Source: Candidatus Moraniibacteriota bacterium (GTDB lineage Bacteria; Patescibacteriota; Minisyncoccia; Moranbacterales; UBA1568). Taken from it: a stretch of 57,564 nt of DNA. The notes beneath the pieces are model-generated. The model did no database searches, was not told the DNA's origin, and was given only the letters and a program-made list of their open reading frames with translations. The position numbers and the translations under genes were made by a program. Positions 40,107-50,287 of the stretch are shown piece by piece. The first letter of the stretch is position 1; the number at the start of each line of letters is the position of its first letter. The stretch lies in assembly GCA_041910335.1 (NCBI GenBank), contig JAYRRF010000010.1:1-57564 (forward strand), read 5' to 3'.

Positions 40107-40273
40107 GATCAAGCCCTCCAAGCTTTATCAAACATTGCTGGAAACCGGTCGACCATCGCTCATAAGAAATTATGCGACGAATAATCTACCTCCAGAGTGG
40201 CGTTACTGATTAGCGTTTCTCAGTCCCTATCTCTCTATAGTAGAGAGAAAAGCTTCCTTAAGACGCAAGAGCA

Positions 40274-40309
40274 ACTATAGCAAATGGTCAAAAAATGGTC
40301 AATGGTCAA
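40274..40309 (-). promoter_or_regulatory. Sigma70 promoter overlapped by three TTGACCAT direct repeats
   Basis: TTGACC(40297-40302)-N17-TATAGT(40274-40279); extra copies at 40286-40291 and 40304-40309. Confidence 0.7.
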
Positions 40310-40413
40310 AACTGCCTACTTTATGGCTTGTATAAGGCAAAGTACATGTTTTTTCCCTCATTTTAGCCACGAAAATATGGCTTAAATAAAGTATTTTCTG
40401 AGAATTACGGTAA

Positions 40414-40438
40414 GAAAAAAGAGGCTTTTCGCCTCTTT
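40414..40438 (-). terminator. Intrinsic terminator after paralogue A
   Basis: AAAGAGGC-GAAAA-GCCTCTTTTTT. Confidence 0.8.
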
Positions 40439-40445
40439 GATACAC

Positions 40446-41435
40446 CTATTCTTTCTTTTGAGGCTCACCCGCATCAGTCGGTGCTTCTTCCATGAACTTC
40501 GAGTAGTACATATCGACATCTGCTATCCACTTGCGCACACTTTCCCGGCTATGCCCCTGGCAACTGAAACCACACTTCCAAACCACGAGCTTCTCTGGGG
40601 TATTGAGCTGCTCAGAGTGAATGAGGTTGTCTAGTCGCTTCGCTACGGTATCTACTGCATCCTGACGACTATTGAAGCACGTATGACCACCTGTTCCCAT
40701 CATCCTCCGCACTCCACGATAACCCCAGTAGTTGTAGCAATCTTGTCCATTCAAAACTGGCACGCGCTTCCCCCAGTTACTCTCCTTTTTGGCAATACCG
40801 ATAAGAAAAGCAGCGGTGAGGCGGTCTTTCTCAAGGATATATGGGAGCATATCTTCTATTGGATAACCTTTGACCATTTGACGAATGTTTTCTTCATAAC
40901 GAGCATCCTGAGCATCAGCAAAGTACTCGAAGAAGACATCCTGTTGAGGGTCATATTCTGCTGTGCTCAGATTCACTTTCTGGTTTTCCTCGGTCACCAC
41001 TGGAGCTTTCTCATCAGCGAATACTCCTTTACCAAGAAACTGTGTCATCAGGGCCATTGAGAGAATACCGAAAACTACTCCTCCAGTAAGAGAAGCATAG
41101 ACCATTTTCCGGGGACCGAGCTCTGGAATAAGACGATCGAGAGTGCGACGGAAACGACGGCTGTAGAGTTGACCTCGACGAACAAAAAGCCAGAAACCTT
41201 CGGCAACTGTTTTTTCTTTGAGATTTTCAAGTAGGTTCTTTCGCTCTCGACGAAGACCGTCGAGTGTACGTGCTTCTTGTTGGTTAGCTACAAGGTAAGT
41301 TCTTCTTCGTTGTTCGCGCAATAAAACATAATCCGGGATGACAACTCCCTTCTTACCCTTGGCTTGAATATCGAGACTTCCTTTGCTGCGTGTAGGAAGT
41401 ACGTAGGAATGATACTGGAATGACTCTGGTTTCAT
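40446..41435 (-). CDS. Membrane-anchored protein with lysozyme-like C-terminal domain, paralogue A
   Basis: TM near aa 112-135; GIAKKESNWG, CYNYWGY, CFNSRQDAV, WKCGFSC. Confidence 0.65.
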   Translation of the reverse strand: MKPESFQYHSYVLPTRSKGSLDIQAKGKKGVVIPDYVLLREQRRRTYLVANQQEARTLDGLRRERKNLLENLKEKTVAEGFWLFVRRGQLYSRRFRRTLDRLIPELGPRKMVYASLTGGVVFGILSMALMTQFLGKGVFADEKAPVVTEENQKVNLSTAEYDPQQDVFFEYFADAQDARYEENIRQMVKGYPIEDMLPYILEKDRLTAAFLIGIAKKESNWGKRVPVLNGQDCYNYWGYRGVRRMMGTGGHTCFNSRQDAVDTVAKRLDNLIHSEQLNTPEKLVVWKCGFSCQGHSRESVRKWIADVDMYYSKFMEEAPTDAGEPQKKE

Positions 41436-41450
41436 TTTCTTTTACTCGTT

Positions 41451-41861
41451 CTATGGTTTGTTTTCATCAAGGGCTACACCAGCTTTTTCAGCAAAAAACT
41501 TTTTGACATCAGGCTCGCCAAAGAAACACTTGTTCCCCTCTGTATAGATAAATGGAACTCCCACCTTGCTTGCATCAAGACCGCAAGCTTCAGCCTTTTC
41601 TTTCATCTGGGCGCTATTGGTACGACTATGCCACACTTCTTTCTTGGTGAAGGTGAACTTAGAAGCAATGTCGTTGGACTGCAAGAATTCATTGATACGC
41701 TTACAATGAGGGCATTCTTCTCCGTAGAAATAGATAGTACTAGCATCAGGTACGCTCGCCGCTTGCTTTTGAGCACGACTATCCATCACTGCCCAGACAA
41801 TCAATCCGATGATGAGTACTCCTGCGATGCTAAGAATAATAGCTACTTTTTTTGATTCCAT
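41451..41861 (-). CDS. Membrane-anchored glutaredoxin/thioredoxin-fold protein
   Basis: N-terminal TM, CPHC, GVP cis-Pro motif. Confidence 0.8.
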   Translation of the reverse strand: MESKKVAIILSIAGVLIIGLIVWAVMDSRAQKQAASVPDASTIYFYGEECPHCKRINEFLQSNDIASKFTFTKKEVWHSRTNSAQMKEKAEACGLDASKVGVPFIYTEGNKCFFGEPDVKKFFAEKAGVALDENKP

Positions 41862-42688
41862 AGCGTAGATGTTTGTATCTCAGTATTCTCTATTGTAGCA
41901 TGTTTTCGGAGCCAGAACCATCCCGCTAATGCTCCGATGAGAAGCAACAAAGAGAGTACTTGTCCACGTGAAAGAACGCCAAGCAAAATTGCCACTCCTG
42001 GATCTGGTTGACGCCATATTTCTAGCACTATCCGTACGAGAGCATAAGAAAAAAGGTAGAGCATGGTCATTCCTCCTCTTCTTGCTATGCGCTTACGCCA
42101 GAACAGCATCCAACCAAAGAGGAATAATCCTTCACCCAAAGCACTATAAAGCGTTACTGGATGACGCAAGACGATCTCTCCTGGAAAATACATACCAATA
42201 TGACTACGAGTGATCACTCCTGGTAACTCCTGATTCAAGAAGTTTCCTATTCTCCCCAAAAAAGAGACGAGCGGCGCAACCACTGCCAATGTATCAGTCA
42301 GCTGCCAAAAGTCTCTCTGTTTGTATCGAGCATACCAAAGAAGAGTGAAAGCTATCCCTACTACTCCTCCATGAAAACTCATACCACGGATTGATACCCA
42401 CGTACCGGTCACTACATCATAGGGTAACAATAATCTACTCGGATGCCCCAGAAAAAATACGGGTTCATAAAAAAGCGCGAAACCAATTCGAGCTCCAAGA
42501 AAGCCTCCGAGAAGAAGTGCCCAAGAAAGATTACTCCACTCTTCTTTAGTGAGGAGCGATGAATTTTCCTTTCTGATGAGCCAGAGGAGGACTTGTGTGG
42601 CCACCTGCCACGCCAACAAAAAACAAAGTGCATACCAAGTGATTTGAAAAGACCCTACCGCAAGAGCGATCGGGTCAAAACACTGCAT
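41843..42688 (-). CDS. lgt: Prolipoprotein diacylglyceryl transferase
   Basis: ITWYAL, GARIG, GMSFHGG, GRIGNFLNQEL, RHP, YALVRIVLEIWRQPD. Confidence 0.9.
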   Translation of the reverse strand: MQCFDPIALAVGSFQITWYALCFLLAWQVATQVLLWLIRKENSSLLTKEEWSNLSWALLLGGFLGARIGFALFYEPVFFLGHPSRLLLPYDVVTGTWVSIRGMSFHGGVVGIAFTLLWYARYKQRDFWQLTDTLAVVAPLVSFLGRIGNFLNQELPGVITRSHIGMYFPGEIVLRHPVTLYSALGEGLFLFGWMLFWRKRIARRGGMTMLYLFSYALVRIVLEIWRQPDPGVAILLGVLSRGQVLSLLLLIGALAGWFWLRKHATIENTEIQTSTLWNQKK

Positions 42689-42713
42689 TATTGTCTGCCA
42701 ATGGCACACCATA

Positions 42714-43775
42714 CTATGCCTTATTATATTCTTTCAACTGTTCACTAAACTCTATCTGGTATATCTCACCTAAGGCCATGAAGAGTGAGACAACGATAGG
42801 ACCCATGATGAAGCCTGGCAATCCAAAGAAATAGATACCTCCAATGGTGGCAAAAAAAATCATGAGTGGATGCATCTGAGTATCTTTACCGACGAGCTTC
42901 GGTCGTAAGATATTATCTACCGATGAAATAATGAGCGAGCCAAACGCCAAGATGAATACTCCCTGCCAAATATTACCAAGAAGTAGCAAGATAATACCCG
43001 CTGGTAGCCAAATCACTCCCGTACCAACCATTGGAATGATTGAGAAAAAGACCATGATAATTCCCCAAATAGCCGGTGAAGGCACTCCGGCAATGACAAA
43101 GGCCAGGCCTCCAAGCAGTCCTTGTATCACACCAATAACAAGATTACCTTTCAAGGTAGCTCGACTCATCGACACAAACTTATGAATAAGAAGCTTGTCA
43201 TGCTCGTCCTTCAGCGGACTCAGGTTCATGAGATAGCGAAGGGCTTTCTTGCCGTCGATAAGGAAATAGAACAAAGTGAAAAACAAGATGAAAATCCACA
43301 ATACAAAACCAGTAATACTCTGGTAAGCTGTCTGAAGAAAGGTAACTGCATTGGAGCTGAAATTCGAGATATCAGAAAGAAGCTTTTTCTCAGAGAAGGT
43401 GTCTTTGTTCACTAAGAAGCTCAGCCCGGGAGTGGTCTCAGCTTTAACAAAAAGATTATTGAGTCCACTTTGAAGAGCGCTTTCATTCTCCATCTGAGTA
43501 TAGAGCGTATTCACCTCGCTCACCGCCAGAGAAACAACGATGAAAAGTGGTGTCACCACAGCAAATATCGCCAAAAGACAGGTCAAAAGAGCACTTGATA
43601 TCTTATGTCCTCGAAAAAGTTTCTCAAAGAAATGATAGGGTCGCTTCAAAAGTGTCGTCAAAATAGCCGCTGCGATAATAGCAGTGATGAAAGGCTGAAA
43701 AATGAAGAAGACGGTGATTCCCACTCCAAAAAGAAGAAGAAAGAAGAAAGCAACATTAAGTGATCGAGCATGCAT
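42714..43775 (-). CDS. AI-2E family transporter
   Basis: Multi-TM; DNILRPKLVG, GGIYFFGLPGFIMGP. Confidence 0.88.
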   Translation of the reverse strand: MHARSLNVAFFFLLLFGVGITVFFIFQPFITAIIAAAILTTLLKRPYHFFEKLFRGHKISSALLTCLLAIFAVVTPLFIVVSLAVSEVNTLYTQMENESALQSGLNNLFVKAETTPGLSFLVNKDTFSEKKLLSDISNFSSNAVTFLQTAYQSITGFVLWIFILFFTLFYFLIDGKKALRYLMNLSPLKDEHDKLLIHKFVSMSRATLKGNLVIGVIQGLLGGLAFVIAGVPSPAIWGIIMVFFSIIPMVGTGVIWLPAGIILLLLGNIWQGVFILAFGSLIISSVDNILRPKLVGKDTQMHPLMIFFATIGGIYFFGLPGFIMGPIVVSLFMALGEIYQIEFSEQLKEYNKA

Positions 43776-43786
43776 ATATCCTGCTT

Positions 43787-44788
43787 TTAAGGATTATCTG
43801 TTTCTATTTTAACATACTCTTGTATGGTTTTCTTGGGAAACACCGAGAAAGCATGCGAACCAGATAAGATTTGTGCATGTACCCAAAGAGTCTTTTGGTC
43901 TCGCATGAGTACCTTCTTGTGAGGAGGTCTCACTGCTACAGTTAGTCCGTACTTCTTCAAAAACCACTCCTTCACCGCTGCTCGAGTGGTGTAGCCTTGA
44001 GGGAGAAGAAACGGCTTATAGCGCTTCAGTATACTTGAGAAATACCTCTGATGCTTTTCATGAAGGAAGACTACTACCTGTTCTGCTTCACTCTCAGTAA
44101 AGAGGGCTCTTTCTTTTTTTGCCTGCTTTTCCCGACTACCCTGCTCTCGAAAATACTGACACTGTGAGGCGAGTGGACAAGCGCCACACTTCGGCCTGGA
44201 AACACAGAGGCTACTTCCGAAGTCCATCAGCATGGCGTTCAATTTCTTTCTTGGAATAGTAAATCTTCCCTCAAACCATTCCTCATCAATCTCAGCCTTC
44301 TTGGAGCCAAGAAAAAATCTTCCCACTACTCTTTTGAGGTTGGTATCCCAAGCAAGATGCTTGTCGCCATACGCGAAGCTCATGATGGCAGAAGCTGTGT
44401 ATGGTCCCACCCCGGGCAATGTCTCGAGTTCAGTTTTATTCCGTGGGAAAACACCTCTGTATTGACTGGCTACCACTTCCGCTGCTCGTAACATATTGCG
44501 ACCACGGGCATAATAACCAAGCCCCTCATAATAAGGAAGAAAATCTTCCCAAGAAGAGCTGGCGAGTTTTTCTACTGTCGGAAACTTACCAAGAAAACGA
44601 TCGTAATAGCCAATCACTCGTGACACCTGAGTCTGCTGGAGCATGATTTCTGAAACCCAGACTTCATAGGCGGTGATATTTTTTCTTCGCCAAGGGAGCT
44701 CATGTCTGCCTGATTTACGCCAAAAATCACTGAGAACGTCCTCAAAAAATAGTATTCGCTCTTTTGTTTTCTTTGATACTTTTTTCAT
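43787..44788 (-). CDS. mutY: MutY-like A/G-specific adenine glycosylase
   Basis: ELPWR, VSEIMLQQT, GLGYYAR, HhH LPGVGPYTA, Fe-S motif C-x6-C-x2-C-x5-C. Confidence 0.85.
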   Translation of the reverse strand: MKKVSKKTKERILFFEDVLSDFWRKSGRHELPWRRKNITAYEVWVSEIMLQQTQVSRVIGYYDRFLGKFPTVEKLASSSWEDFLPYYEGLGYYARGRNMLRAAEVVASQYRGVFPRNKTELETLPGVGPYTASAIMSFAYGDKHLAWDTNLKRVVGRFFLGSKKAEIDEEWFEGRFTIPRKKLNAMLMDFGSSLCVSRPKCGACPLASQCQYFREQGSREKQAKKERALFTESEAEQVVVFLHEKHQRYFSSILKRYKPFLLPQGYTTRAAVKEWFLKKYGLTVAVRPPHKKVLMRDQKTLWVHAQILSGSHAFSVFPKKTIQEYVKIETDNP

Positions 44789-44809
44789 TTGTCACTTTGC
44801 TTTTTTACT

Positions 44810-45871
44810 TTACACAATCACTCCCCCTCCAAGACAATACTCTCCATCATAGAATACGGCGAACTGTCCCGCGGCGATTCCTTGGTCCGGTTCGTCCAAT
44901 TTCACCCTGACATGGACATCCGATGTCCATGTGAGAGTGGCTCGATACATTTTTTCCCCATGACGGACTTTGACTTGTAATTCCGTCTTGTTCGGACGCA
45001 CACTGCTGATCCAGTTGAGACTAGTAACTATGAATGTATCTACAGCCTCGTTGGTGTAGACATCTCCATGGGCAAGATAAACAACATTTTGCTCCACATC
45101 TTTCCTCGTGACATACCACGGCCCTCCCGAGAGTCGGATACCCTTACGCTGACCCACCGTGTAGTACCAAAACCCTTCATGCTCACCAAGTACTCTTCCT
45201 GTTCCTTCTTCGATGAGTTTCCCTAGTTGTACTCCGAGATGAAACTTCACAAATTCATCAAAAGGTATTTTTCCTAAGAAGCAGATTCCCTGACTATCTT
45301 TGCGTTTAGCATTGGGAAGGCAGAACTTATCTGCTAATCGACGCACTTCTTCCTTTGGATAACTCCCAATAGGAAAAATAGCTTTATGGAGCTGAGCTTG
45401 AGTCAGTTGTGAGAGAAAGTAGGTCTGATCTTTTATAGGATCTGGTGACATTTTGAGGCATGTTGTGCCATTCATTTCTTCCGTTTGAGCATAGTGGCCG
45501 GTGGCTATCTTTTCATATTTATCACCTTGTTTCTCGAGATACTCATAGAAGGCTCCAAACTTCACTCGAGCGTTACACATCATGTCCGGATTAGGAGTGA
45601 GACCCTGCTTCACCGAGTCTATGGTATAGCTGACCACTCTGTCCCAGTATTCTTTCTGAAATGGCACGATATGAAGTTCTACCCCGAGCTGCTCGCACAC
45701 TGCTCGTACATACCCAAGATCTTCTTCCCATGGACACTCACCAAGAAACTGAAGCTCATCCTCAAGCCAAATCTTCATATAGTAAGCAGTGACGTCATGG
45801 CCCTGCTCCTTAAGAAGGGCGAGTGACACCGAACTGTCCACGCCACCCGATATGAGAACTGCGATTTTCAT
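44810..45871 (-). CDS. mnmA: tRNA-specific 2-thiouridylase
   Basis: SGGVDS, TPNPDMMCN, ATGHYA, KDQTYFL, KDSQGICF. Confidence 0.96.
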   Translation of the reverse strand: MKIAVLISGGVDSSVSLALLKEQGHDVTAYYMKIWLEDELQFLGECPWEEDLGYVRAVCEQLGVELHIVPFQKEYWDRVVSYTIDSVKQGLTPNPDMMCNARVKFGAFYEYLEKQGDKYEKIATGHYAQTEEMNGTTCLKMSPDPIKDQTYFLSQLTQAQLHKAIFPIGSYPKEEVRRLADKFCLPNAKRKDSQGICFLGKIPFDEFVKFHLGVQLGKLIEEGTGRVLGEHEGFWYYTVGQRKGIRLSGGPWYVTRKDVEQNVVYLAHGDVYTNEAVDTFIVTSLNWISSVRPNKTELQVKVRHGEKMYRATLTWTSDVHVRVKLDEPDQGIAAGQFAVFYDGEYCLGGGVIV

Positions 45872-46878
45872 AAGAGGTATTTGGTTTCAGATACTGCTGA
45901 CAAAATCTCCGGATGCTCACTCTTGAATTTTTCTACTGCTTTTTCTACTTGCTCAATATTCTTCGCCATCATCATCTCGACGCGGAGTTCCTTGGCGAGT
46001 GGAAAATTATTGATATAGGCGCGATAAAATTTCTTCATCAACTCAAAACTCTTTCTATCACTCCAAAATTTGAGAAACTCTCGTGTATGATCAAGGGCTG
46101 CATCAAGTTTTGCTTCTACTGTGATACTCTTTTTTTCTTTATCAAAAAGCCATGGATTACCGAAGACAGCTCGTCCAAACATCACTCCATCACAGCCTGA
46201 TTCTTTTGCCTTGCTCTGTGCATCCTCTATATCAATCGCATCGCCATTGCCGATGATAAGAGTCTTACTCCCGAGCTCATCACGTATCTCTACTGCTCGC
46301 TTCACACGTTCCCACCTAGCTGGCACTTTGGACATATCTTTCTTGGTCCGAGCATGGAGTGTCAACACAGCCGGCTCAGCAGAGAGAAGCTTCGGCAACC
46401 ACTCTTCAAGCACATCTTCGTTGAAACCAAGGCGTGTCTTCACTGAGACTGGTATAGTCTTACCGGCATCTTCTACTCCTTCTTTGGCGGCCTGGATAAG
46501 GGCGACAGCATTGTCGGGATCTTTCATGCAACTCGCCCCTGCACCCTGCTTCATCACATTTTTATCCGGACAACCCATATTGATATCGATCCCATCAAAG
46601 CCAAGCTCTGCTACTATTCGAGCAGCTTCACGCATCTTCTCGGGATGAGCAGTGAAAAGCTGAGCCACTATTGGTCGCTCGTTTTCTTGGAAGACAAGAT
46701 CTTGAAGAAGAGCCTTTTGGCCCACTGGATGACAGAGTCCATCAGCTGAGACAAATTCAGTCCAAATAACATCTGGCCGGCTATAGCGGATAATATGCTG
46801 ACGAAAAGAAGCATCCGTCACATTAGCAAGCGGCGCTAAGACAAAAAAAGGTTTTTCGAGCTTTTCCCAGAAATTCAT
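45868..46878 (-). CDS. dus: tRNA-dihydrouridine synthase
   Basis: LAPLANVTD, DINMGCP, VSVKTRLG, HART, IGNGD, GRAVFGNPW; start moved to ATG 46878. Confidence 0.92.
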   Translation of the reverse strand: MNFWEKLEKPFFVLAPLANVTDASFRQHIIRYSRPDVIWTEFVSADGLCHPVGQKALLQDLVFQENERPIVAQLFTAHPEKMREAARIVAELGFDGIDINMGCPDKNVMKQGAGASCMKDPDNAVALIQAAKEGVEDAGKTIPVSVKTRLGFNEDVLEEWLPKLLSAEPAVLTLHARTKKDMSKVPARWERVKRAVEIRDELGSKTLIIGNGDAIDIEDAQSKAKESGCDGVMFGRAVFGNPWLFDKEKKSITVEAKLDAALDHTREFLKFWSDRKSFELMKKFYRAYINNFPLAKELRVEMMMAKNIEQVEKAVEKFKSEHPEILSAVSETKYLL

Positions 46879-46917
46879 AAATAGAGAAAGATGATATTTC
46901 AGTATAGAAAGTTTTAG

Positions 46918-46963
46918 AAAAAAAGAGAAGGGTCGCCCAGCTGTTACCGGGCAACCCTCTCTC
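46918..46963 (-). terminator. Intrinsic terminator of the orphan Cys-His-Asp gene
   Basis: AGAGGGTTGCCCGG-TAACAG-CTGGGCGACCCTTCT followed by CTTTTTT. Confidence 0.75.
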
Positions 46964-47603
46964 GCTGTACGCGGACAGGCTTCATCCACTGAAAAGCGAG
47001 GTAGTGGCGTACCCGCTCTTCATTATGTGGCCAATTCTCTGGATGAAAGATACCGCATTCCATCACACAATTTTCCTTCACCCAGTCGAGATCAAACACG
47101 ATACCGAGGTATTCGTTCCAGTGACTCATCGGCCAAGTAAGATCAATCACTGCTCCCCTAGGGTTTACGTTCCACGCATGCCACAGAGGCGGATAGTTGA
47201 TGTGTTCAGGAAAACCCCAGGACAAACCTTCTGCATATTGCATCATTGGTTCGATTTTACACTCCGTATAAGCCATTCCGCAGCAATTCCCCAACGAAAA
47301 CTCATCAAACGTTATGAACTCTGAGCAGTCGGGGGTGCGAAAGACTTGGCCATAATTCAAGAGTAGGTCAGCCCAAGGCATAAAGGGCCTACCTCTCTCT
47401 AGCCCTATCTTGAGAAATTCCGCGATAGTGACTGACTTCTTCTTTAACTGCCTTTGTGCAGCATGAAAACGTTTCCGGTCATGCTTGCAAAGTGCACGGG
47501 CAGCTTGTTGGAACTGATTACGATCCCACTTCATCGTTCTTGCACGAAACGAAAGAAATGGCTTCGGGAACTTCTGTGCCCGAAAAATGCATTTCTGACA
47601 CAT
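46944..47603 (-). CDS. Orphan transglutaminase/papain-like protein with putative Cys-His-Asp triad
   Basis: GNCC...YAEG...HAW...VIDLTWP...YLGIVF; GGAGG 5 nt before the ATG; own promoter and terminator. Confidence 0.6.
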   Translation of the reverse strand: MCQKCIFRAQKFPKPFLSFRARTMKWDRNQFQQAARALCKHDRKRFHAAQRQLKKKSVTIAEFLKIGLERGRPFMPWADLLLNYGQVFRTPDCSEFITFDEFSLGNCCGMAYTECKIEPMMQYAEGLSWGFPEHINYPPLWHAWNVNPRGAVIDLTWPMSHWNEYLGIVFDLDWVKENCVMECGIFHPENWPHNEERVRHYLAFQWMKPVRVQRERVAR

Positions 47604-47649
47604 ATGTTCCTCCATTCAACTTATTGCCCTCCCATTAGGACAACAGGCG

Positions 47650-47700
47650 ACTGTACCATACCATACCCTACTTGACAAGACTTAGCATCCTAAGTATTAT
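47650..47700. promoter_or_regulatory. Back-to-back sigma70 promoters sharing one -35 heptamer
   Basis: Plus: TTGACA(47672-77)-N17-TATTAT. Minus: TTGTCA(47673-78)-N17-TACAGT. Confidence 0.7.
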
Positions 47701-47725
47701 AAATCAGACAATATTGGTCTGATTT
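47701..47725. promoter_or_regulatory. Palindromic Rrf2 (IscR type-1-like) operator
   Basis: AAATCAGAC-AATATTG-GTCTGATTT, perfect 9-bp arms with a GAC-N7-GTC core, over the predicted start site. Confidence 0.75.
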
Positions 47726-47737
47726 TATCAAAATCTA

Positions 47738-48133
47738 ATGAAACTAAGTAAAAAAGCCTACTACGGTCTCCGAGCGAGTTTGGCTCTTGCCAAGGCTAAA
47801 ACCCCTCTCTCTAGCCATGCTATTGCCGAGATAGAAGGTATTTCTCCGACTTACCTAGAGAAAATCCTCCAAACACTCCGTAAACACGATGTCGTAGAGG
47901 CTGCCAGAGGTACCAAAGGAGGCTATATCCTCACTGGCCCTCATATCTCTGCCTGGGATGTCATAAGTGCCCTAGAAGGACCTCTGACTATTTATCCAAG
48001 TTTTATAAAGGGTACACTCCCCTGCTTCCAACCTACTCACTGCCAGACCAACGCTATCTTCCGTGAACTTGAAGAAAGTTTCGAAACTACTCTCAAAAAA
48101 ATTCCCCTCTCATCACTTGTCAACCAATCCTAA
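47738..48133 (+). CDS. Rrf2 family transcriptional regulator (IscR-like)
   Basis: YGLRA, SPTYLEKIL, ARGTKGGY, two Cys (PCFQPTHC). Confidence 0.9.
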   Translation: MKLSKKAYYGLRASLALAKAKTPLSSHAIAEIEGISPTYLEKILQTLRKHDVVEAARGTKGGYILTGPHISAWDVISALEGPLTIYPSFIKGTLPCFQPTHCQTNAIFRELEESFETTLKKIPLSSLVNQS

Positions 48134-48137
48134 TTCT

Positions 48138-48857
48138 ATGCTTTCCATCAACAACCTTACTGTTTCTGTTGAAGACAAAGAAATTCTTCACAAGATTTCT
48201 TATGATTTCCTTCCTGCTACTACTTATGCTCTTCTCGGGCCGAATGGGTCAGGAAAGTCCACTTTGGGTAACACTCTGATGGGTCACCCTCATTACACTC
48301 CAACGCCTGAAAGTGTGGTGACCTGGAATGATGGAGATTTACTCAGCCTCTCTCCGGATGAGCGCGCCAAACGAGGCATCTTTCTTTCTTTCCAAAATCC
48401 TCTCCCACTTGCCGGCGTCAGTGTGATGGATCTTCTGCGTATGACTCTCGTAACAAGCAAGAAGTTGGATGCACTTACACTTCATAAAAAAGTCCGAGAG
48501 TACACCAAGGAGCTTAATATCAAAGAAGAGCTCTTGAAACGCTCTCTTCATGATGGATTTTCTGGTGGTGAGAAGAAAAAAATAGAGGCCCTGCAAGCCG
48601 TACTTCTTCAGCCTGCCGTCGCTATCTTTGATGAAATTGATACTGGAGTGGATGTCGATGCTTTGCGCCAAATTACCACCTTCCTCAAAAAGTACCTCTC
48701 TAAAGAAGCTACTCTTATCTATATCACTCACTCACACAAGCTTCTCTCTATCCTTGAGCCAAGCCATGTCCTTGTCTTAAAGAACGGCGTACTCGTTACT
48801 ACTGGCGACCATGCACTTGCAGAAACCATTGAGCGTGAAGGCTTTGAAAATCTTTAA
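48138..48857 (+). CDS. sufC: Fe-S cluster assembly ATPase SufC
   Basis: [29 protein letters not shown]. Confidence 0.95.
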   Translation: MLSINNLTVSVEDKEILHKISYDFLPATTYALLGPNGSGKSTLGNTLMGHPHYTPTPESVVTWNDGDLLSLSPDERAKRGIFLSFQNPLPLAGVSVMDLLRMTLVTSKKLDALTLHKKVREYTKELNIKEELLKRSLHDGFSGGEKKKIEALQAVLLQPAVAIFDEIDTGVDVDALRQITTFLKKYLSKEATLIYITHSHKLLSILEPSHVLVLKNGVLVTTGDHALAETIEREGFENL

Positions 48858-48864
48858 TATTGCT

Positions 48865-50271
<1,407 letters not shown>

Positions 50272-50287
50272 ATAAGGATAAAGAATC

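Noticed and set aside
40185-40232. ATAGGGA...GCCACT resemblance to a cobalamin riboswitch
   Set aside because: The other core motifs are absent and the downstream gene does not fit; kept only as an unassigned structured leader.
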